NCBI GenBank assembly: GCA_038056395.1
Contig: JBBUFS010000006.1
Coordinates: forward strand, 1 to 59,311
DNA: 59,311 nucleotides
Origin: Patescibacteria group bacterium
Lineage (GTDB): Bacteria > Patescibacteriota > Minisyncoccia > Phycocordibacterales > WO2-35-19
Reading direction: 5' to 3'
Shown: positions 54,411-59,311 of the stretch, one piece after another
How positions within the stretch are numbered: the first letter of the stretch is position 1
How the letters are laid out: each line of letters begins with the position of its first letter
The notes under the pieces: model-generated
Told to the model about the DNA's origin: nothing
The model's database searches: none
What the model saw: the letters and a program-made list of their open reading frames with translations, nothing else
Made by a program: the position numbers and the translations under genes

Positions 54411-55613
54411 ATGAAAAACAAAGGAAAAAGAGTGTTTTTAGATTATGCCGCTATTACCCCGATTGACCCCCGGGTGGAAGCAAAAATACGAGAGGTCCAG
54501 AGAAAATTTTGGGCCAATCCGTCTTCTTTGCATTTGGAAGGAGAAATGGCAAAAAATATTTTGGAAGAGGCAAGAATAAAAATTGCCTGCATTTTACATT
54601 GCCGGGCTGGCGAAATATTTTTCACCAGCGGCGGCACTGAATCGTTAAATTTGGCTATTTTGGGAATTTGCCGAGAAGATGCCCATCTCGGCATTCCTCA
54701 TATTATTTGCTCGTCAATGGAACATCCTGCCGTTTTGGAACCCATAAAATATTTATTAAAAAATAAAGAAATAGAGGCCTCTTTTATTTCTCCGGATAAA
54801 AATGGAATTATAAATCCGGAATCAATCAAAAAAGAAATCAAACCAAATACTGTTTTGGTTGTAATTCAACATGCTAACAATGAGATTGGTGTCATTCAGC
54901 TGATTAGAGAGATTAAAAAAGTTATTGAAAATTGTAAATTGAAAATTGAAAATTCAAGCAAACCATATTTGCTGGTAGATGCCAGCCAAAGCGTTCTTTA
55001 TGAAAATATTTCTCTGGAAAGATTGGGTGCCGATATTTTAGTTTTAGATGGAATTAAAATGTACGGGCCGAGAGGCGTGGGAATTTTAGCGGTCAAACAT
55101 GGTACCAACATTTCTCCCATTATTTTTGGCGGTGGACAGGAAGGCGGTCTGAGATCTGGTACGGAAAATGTGCCGGGTGCCATTGGTTTAGCCAAAGCTC
55201 TTGAAATAGCAGTTCAAAAAAAAGATAAAGAATCAAGGCGACTTACTGAATTACGCAATTACGCTATTCAAAAAATTTTGAAAGAAATTCCTAATTCTTC
55301 TCTCAATGGCGATTTGGAAAACAGGTTGCCTAATAATATAAATATATGCCTTGCCACACCGAAGCTTTCTGCGAAGGCGGGTTTTCAAAAAATAGATTCA
55401 GAATTTTTGGTCATAAAACTAGACACACTTGGTTTTGCCGTTTCCGCCGCCTCCGCCTGCCACACCCTTTCTTTAGAGAATGGCTCATATGTCATTGAGT
55501 CGCTCGGCAAGCCCGAATGCTCTTCTTCATCTCTCCGTATCACTCTCGGCCGTTCCACCAAAAAATCAGATTTGGACAGACTTATCTCTACTATCAAAAA
55601 GATAATTGAATAA
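54411..55613 (+). CDS. Cysteine desulfurase (class V aminotransferase, NifS/IscS-like)
   Basis: VFLDYAAITP, FTSGGTESLN, GPRGVGIL, and the active-site Cys loop SAASACHT. Confidence 0.85.
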   Translation: MKNKGKRVFLDYAAITPIDPRVEAKIREVQRKFWANPSSLHLEGEMAKNILEEARIKIACILHCRAGEIFFTSGGTESLNLAILGICREDAHLGIPHIICSSMEHPAVLEPIKYLLKNKEIEASFISPDKNGIINPESIKKEIKPNTVLVVIQHANNEIGVIQLIREIKKVIENCKLKIENSSKPYLLVDASQSVLYENISLERLGADILVLDGIKMYGPRGVGILAVKHGTNISPIIFGGGQEGGLRSGTENVPGAIGLAKALEIAVQKKDKESRRLTELRNYAIQKILKEIPNSSLNGDLENRLPNNINICLATPKLSAKAGFQKIDSEFLVIKLDTLGFAVSAASACHTLSLENGSYVIESLGKPECSSSSLRITLGRSTKKSDLDRLISTIKKIIE

Positions 55614-55651
55614 TTGTTTTTTGTTTTGTAATTTGATATTATATTTACATC

Positions 55652-56470
55652 GTGGAGGATTTAACCAAACATCAACTCATACTTATCGTGCTACTGGTCA
55701 CCTTCGTGACATCTATTGCCACTGGCATTATTACTTTTACTTTACTTTCCGAAGCGCCAGTGGAGGTAACTCAAAATATAAGCAGAGTAGTAGAAAGAAC
55801 CATTGAAAGAGTGGTTACGGAGCCGGGCAAACCGGACAAAGTAGTTACTACTGTGGTGGTTAACGAAGAAGACCGGGTGCTGGAGGCCATTGCTAAAAAC
55901 GAAAAATCAATAGTTAGACTTAAAACTGCCGGAGCTGATGGCTCTGAAATTTTTTCCGGTATCGGTGTTGTGTTGTCTGCCGATGGCGTTATTGTTGCCG
56001 ACTTGCGAAGCTATAATGCCGCCTCTTCCTTTACAATTTTGTTCCATGACGGCAAAACATATCCTTCCGGAAAAGTTTTTATTGATAATGAAAAGGGACT
56101 GGTTTTTATGAAAACAACTCTTCCTCAAAATGAAAACCCCAAATACACTTTTTTTCAGGCGGTTTTTGGAAATTCTGACAGTTTAAAAATCGGCCAGACT
56201 CTGGTGGCTATTAGTGGCCGAGATTCTAATGCCGCCTCTATCGGCAGAATTTTCCAGCTTGCATTGGCAGATGACAAAAAAACCGTAAAAAATATTTTAT
56301 CTGATATAAAGGTTTCTAAAAATCATTTAGGTAGTCCGGTTCTTAATCTTTCTGGCGAGGTAGTTGGCCTAGAAGCGCCTCTAATTGAAACCGATACTGA
56401 ATATTCTTTTGTTCCCATAAACATAATAAAATCAGCCACCACCAAAGCTCTGGAAGAAATAAATAAATAA
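55652..56470 (+). CDS. Trypsin-fold (HtrA/S1C-like) protein with all three catalytic positions substituted; membrane anchored, no PDZ domain
   Basis: S1C-like blocks GIGVVLSADGVIVADLRS (His position is Leu), EKGLVFMK (Asp position is Gly) and SKNHLGSPVLNLSGEVVGL (GNSGGP Ser position is Leu). GTG start. Confidence 0.6.
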   Translation: MEDLTKHQLILIVLLVTFVTSIATGIITFTLLSEAPVEVTQNISRVVERTIERVVTEPGKPDKVVTTVVVNEEDRVLEAIAKNEKSIVRLKTAGADGSEIFSGIGVVLSADGVIVADLRSYNAASSFTILFHDGKTYPSGKVFIDNEKGLVFMKTTLPQNENPKYTFFQAVFGNSDSLKIGQTLVAISGRDSNAASIGRIFQLALADDKKTVKNILSDIKVSKNHLGSPVLNLSGEVVGLEAPLIETDTEYSFVPINIIKSATTKALEEINK

Positions 56471-56528
56471 TCTTCTATAAGTCAATTAGCTTGATTTAAG
56501 CCAGTTTTCTGCTATAATGGTATAATAT

Positions 56529-59222
56529 ATGACGCCGTTTAATCAATTTACAACCAAAGCCAAAGAAGCCATCAGAAAGGCCCATGAGCTGGTTATTGAA
56601 CGCGGCCAAAATCATGTGGGACCATTGCATCTTTTGGCGGCTTTGATATTGCAAGAAGAAAGTATGGTTGCTTCAATTCTTGACAAGATAGAAGTGGATA
56701 TCATTCTACTGACCGATTCTATTTTTGAAGCTATGGAAGGTGGTATTAGTGGCAATACTATGACGGCTTCTTATCAAATTTTTATTACTCCTGAACTGGC
56801 CCACATTATTGAGCATTCCTCAAAAGTGGCTTCTTCTATAAATGACGAATTTGTTTCCACTGAGCACCTTTTTATTTCCTGTTTGGAAGTGCCCAGCCAG
56901 GCCAAGGATATTCTTTCTCGCTTTAAAATTGAAAAAGAAAAAGTTTTGTTTTTGATCCAGGAAATAAAACAAGGCAGAATGGTGGATAATAAAAGCACTC
57001 AAAAAAATAAAACTCTTATAAAATACACCCGCTCCTTGACCAAATTGGCTCGCGAAAACAAACTTGACCCGGTTATCGGCCGAGACGAAGAAATTTCCCG
57101 CATCATTCAAATTCTTTCACGCCGCACCAAAAATAATCCGATTTTAATTGGAGAAGCCGGAGTTGGTAAGACCGCTATTGCCGAAGGTTTGGCCATGAGA
57201 GTAATTTCCGGCAACGCGCCGGAATCCCTGAAAGACAAGGAAATTGTTTCCCTTGATCTTGGTCTTTTAGTGGCTGGCACAAAATACCGGGGAGAATTTG
57301 AAGAGCGGCTCAAAAATATAATAAAAGAGATAGAAAAGTCAGAAGGCAAAATTATTCTTTTTATTGATGAAATTCATACTTTGGTTGGCGCCGGATCGGC
57401 CGAAGGATCGCTTGATGCCTCCAATATGTTAAAGCCATCATTAGCCAGAGGAGAACTTAGAGCCATCGGCGCCACCACCATTAAAGAATATCAAAAATAT
57501 ATTGAGAGAGATCCAGCGCTCACTCGCCGTTTTCAGCCGGTTTTTATAAGTGAGCCTTCCATAGAAGACGCTATCACCATACTTCGCGGGCTCAAGGAAA
57601 AATATGAATTATATCATGGAGTGCATATCACCGATGATGCCATTAAAGCGGCCGTCAATCTTTCTGCCCGGTATATTGCCGACCGATTTTTGCCGGACAA
57701 AGCGGTGGATCTCATTGATGAAGCCGCGTCGCATCTTAAAATTTCACTTGAAAATATGCCGCCTATTTTACAGGAAACAAATTCAAAAATAATGAAGCTG
57801 GAAATTGAGAAAGAAGCTCTCAAGAAAGAGGTGGAAAACAAAAATGACAAAGTGAAAGTCCGTTTGCAGGATATTGAAAGGGAAATTGCCGACCTCAAAG
57901 AGAAAACATCCGAGATTGATTTAAAATGGAAAAATGAGAAAGAAAGCGTCGGAGAGATAAAAAGAATTAAAAAAGAGCTTGAATCTGCCAGATTGGAAGC
58001 CGAAGCCGCAGAAATACAAACCGACCTGGCCAAGGCGGCGGAAGTCCGTTACGGCAAAATTCCGGCGTTGGAAAAAAATTTGGACCTTAATGTTAAAAAA
58101 CTAAAAAAACTGCAGAGTTCCCGCCGCATTTTGAAAGAAGAAATAACCGAAAATGACATTGCCAACATTGTGGCTAAATGGACCAATATTCCGGTTTCCA
58201 GAATGCTTGAAGCGGAAGCCGAGAAGCTGGTCAGAATGGAAGCCGATTTAAAAAAACGCATCATTGGCCAGGATGAAGCCGTTAAAAAAATTGCTGATAC
58301 CATTAAACGATCCAGAGCCGGCATTGCCGACCCTAACAAACCAATCGGCTCCTTCATCTTTTTGGGCCCGACTGGAGTTGGCAAGACCGAGCTGACCAAA
58401 GCTTTGGCCGAGTTTATGTTCAATGACGATAAAGCTCTGATTAGAGTGGATATGTCTGAATTTATGGAAAAACATTCTGTTTCCAAATTGATTGGCGCTC
58501 CTCCCGGCTATGTCGGCTTTGATGAAGGCGGCGGACTGACTGAAATGGTTCGGCACCGGCCGTATTCCATAGTTTTGTTTGATGAAATTGAAAAGGCGCA
58601 TCCGGAAGTGTTCAACGTGCTTCTGCAGGTTTTAGATAATGGCCGGTTGACCGATGCCAAAGGCCGAACCGTCAATTTCAAAAATACCATTATCATTATG
58701 ACTTCAAACATCGGCGCCAATTACATAGATAAGATGGAAAAAATGGGCTTCAGCGACCGGGAAAAAGAAGGCGGGGAATACGCCGATGTCAAAGAAAAAG
58801 TGTTGGAAGCGATGAAAGATTTTTTCCGTCCGGAATTTTTGAATCGAGTAGATGATATCGTCATTTTTGATATTTTACCCATGTCCGCTATCCGAGATAT
58901 TGTCAAAATCCAAATTGATTTGGTGCGCGAAAGGATGGCAATCAAAGAAATTTCTTTGGAGCTTACAGATGAGGCTTACGAATATTTGGCCAAAGAAGGC
59001 TACAATCCCCAATATGGCGCCAGGCCCCTAAAAAGAGTCATTCAAAATAAAATATTAAACCAAGTGGCGTCCCTCATAATTTCCAAAGGTATTATGAAAG
59101 GCGGCTTAGTTTCTATTTCCGTGAAGAATGGCGAATTGGTTTTTGACATTAAAAAAGGCAGGAGGGGAGCCATCATTGAAGCCTCAATGCTTGATGCTGT
59201 TCCGGCTGAAGTTGGAGTTTAA
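56529..59222 (+). CDS. clpB: ATP-dependent chaperone ClpB
   Basis: Clp N repeats, two AAA+ modules (GEAGVGKT and GPTGVGKT) and a long middle coiled-coil. Confidence 0.96.
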   Translation: MTPFNQFTTKAKEAIRKAHELVIERGQNHVGPLHLLAALILQEESMVASILDKIEVDIILLTDSIFEAMEGGISGNTMTASYQIFITPELAHIIEHSSKVASSINDEFVSTEHLFISCLEVPSQAKDILSRFKIEKEKVLFLIQEIKQGRMVDNKSTQKNKTLIKYTRSLTKLARENKLDPVIGRDEEISRIIQILSRRTKNNPILIGEAGVGKTAIAEGLAMRVISGNAPESLKDKEIVSLDLGLLVAGTKYRGEFEERLKNIIKEIEKSEGKIILFIDEIHTLVGAGSAEGSLDASNMLKPSLARGELRAIGATTIKEYQKYIERDPALTRRFQPVFISEPSIEDAITILRGLKEKYELYHGVHITDDAIKAAVNLSARYIADRFLPDKAVDLIDEAASHLKISLENMPPILQETNSKIMKLEIEKEALKKEVENKNDKVKVRLQDIEREIADLKEKTSEIDLKWKNEKESVGEIKRIKKELESARLEAEAAEIQTDLAKAAEVRYGKIPALEKNLDLNVKKLKKLQSSRRILKEEITENDIANIVAKWTNIPVSRMLEAEAEKLVRMEADLKKRIIGQDEAVKKIADTIKRSRAGIADPNKPIGSFIFLGPTGVGKTELTKALAEFMFNDDKALIRVDMSEFMEKHSVSKLIGAPPGYVGFDEGGGLTEMVRHRPYSIVLFDEIEKAHPEVFNVLLQVLDNGRLTDAKGRTVNFKNTIIIMTSNIGANYIDKMEKMGFSDREKEGGEYADVKEKVLEAMKDFFRPEFLNRVDDIVIFDILPMSAIRDIVKIQIDLVRERMAIKEISLELTDEAYEYLAKEGYNPQYGARPLKRVIQNKILNQVASLIISKGIMKGGLVSISVKNGELVFDIKKGRRGAIIEASMLDAVPAEVGV

Positions 59223-59249
59223 TTTTGTTTACACTGAGTTTGTCGAAGT

Positions 59250-59275
59250 GTGTCTCTATTGTACCAAACTCGCAC
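59250..59275. repeat. 26-nt repeat gtgtctctattgtaccaaRctcgcac, copy 2
   Basis: 25/26 identical to 49262..49287. Located 28 nt after the clpB stop. Confidence 0.8.
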
Positions 59276-59311
59276 CTATTTCCAAAACAAAGTGAGGTAA
59301 TGACTTCGCAC

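Overview
This is an AT-rich, gene-dense bacterial chromosome segment. It looks like a reduced Patescibacteria/CPR (Parcubacteria-like) genome. That placement is an inference from short versions of core proteins (IF-2 506 aa, ValRS 734 aa, RF2 296 aa), a tandem set of small TrbC/VirB2-like pilin genes, and many genes with a TATAAT box only 6-11 nt before the ATG. The genetic code is standard: several genes end in TGA and an RF2 gene is present.

Housekeeping content:
- Protein genes: prfB, ftsE, ftsX, pyrG, RNase J, secG, groES, groEL, valS, tsaD, gyrA, rbfA, infB, a cysteine desulfurase and clpB.
- RNA genes: eight tRNAs (Gln, Phe, Glu, Ser, Leu-TAG, Lys, Leu-TAA, Cys) and an RNase P RNA on the minus strand.
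- I found no rRNA, CRISPR array or IS transposase.

Regions worth a second look:
1. 467-3505: a fused restriction-modification gene bracketed by 295-bp near-perfect inverted repeats. A serine recombinase gene lies next to it, and the cassette abuts prfB.
2. 30.5-35.8 kb: a minus-strand operon beside a tRNA-Ser integration scar. It encodes a stand-alone PPDK_N ATP-grasp protein (interrupted by one in-frame TGA), three paralogous proteins that each end in a PEP-utiliser phosphohistidine swivel domain, and a histidine phosphatase. I read it as a split, one-to-many dikinase/phosphotransferase system.
3. 17.94-18.22 kb: an orphan GC-rich RNA of about 245 nt with its own promoter and terminator. I cannot assign it to a family.
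4. 28041-28097: a 57-bp perfect palindrome inserted in frame in the essential tsaD gene.
5. 42.98-46.06 kb: eight tandem pilin-like genes translationally coupled to a solute-binding protein gene.
6. Several short dispersed repeat families.

All calls are from reading the sequence and the ORF track. No database search was possible.
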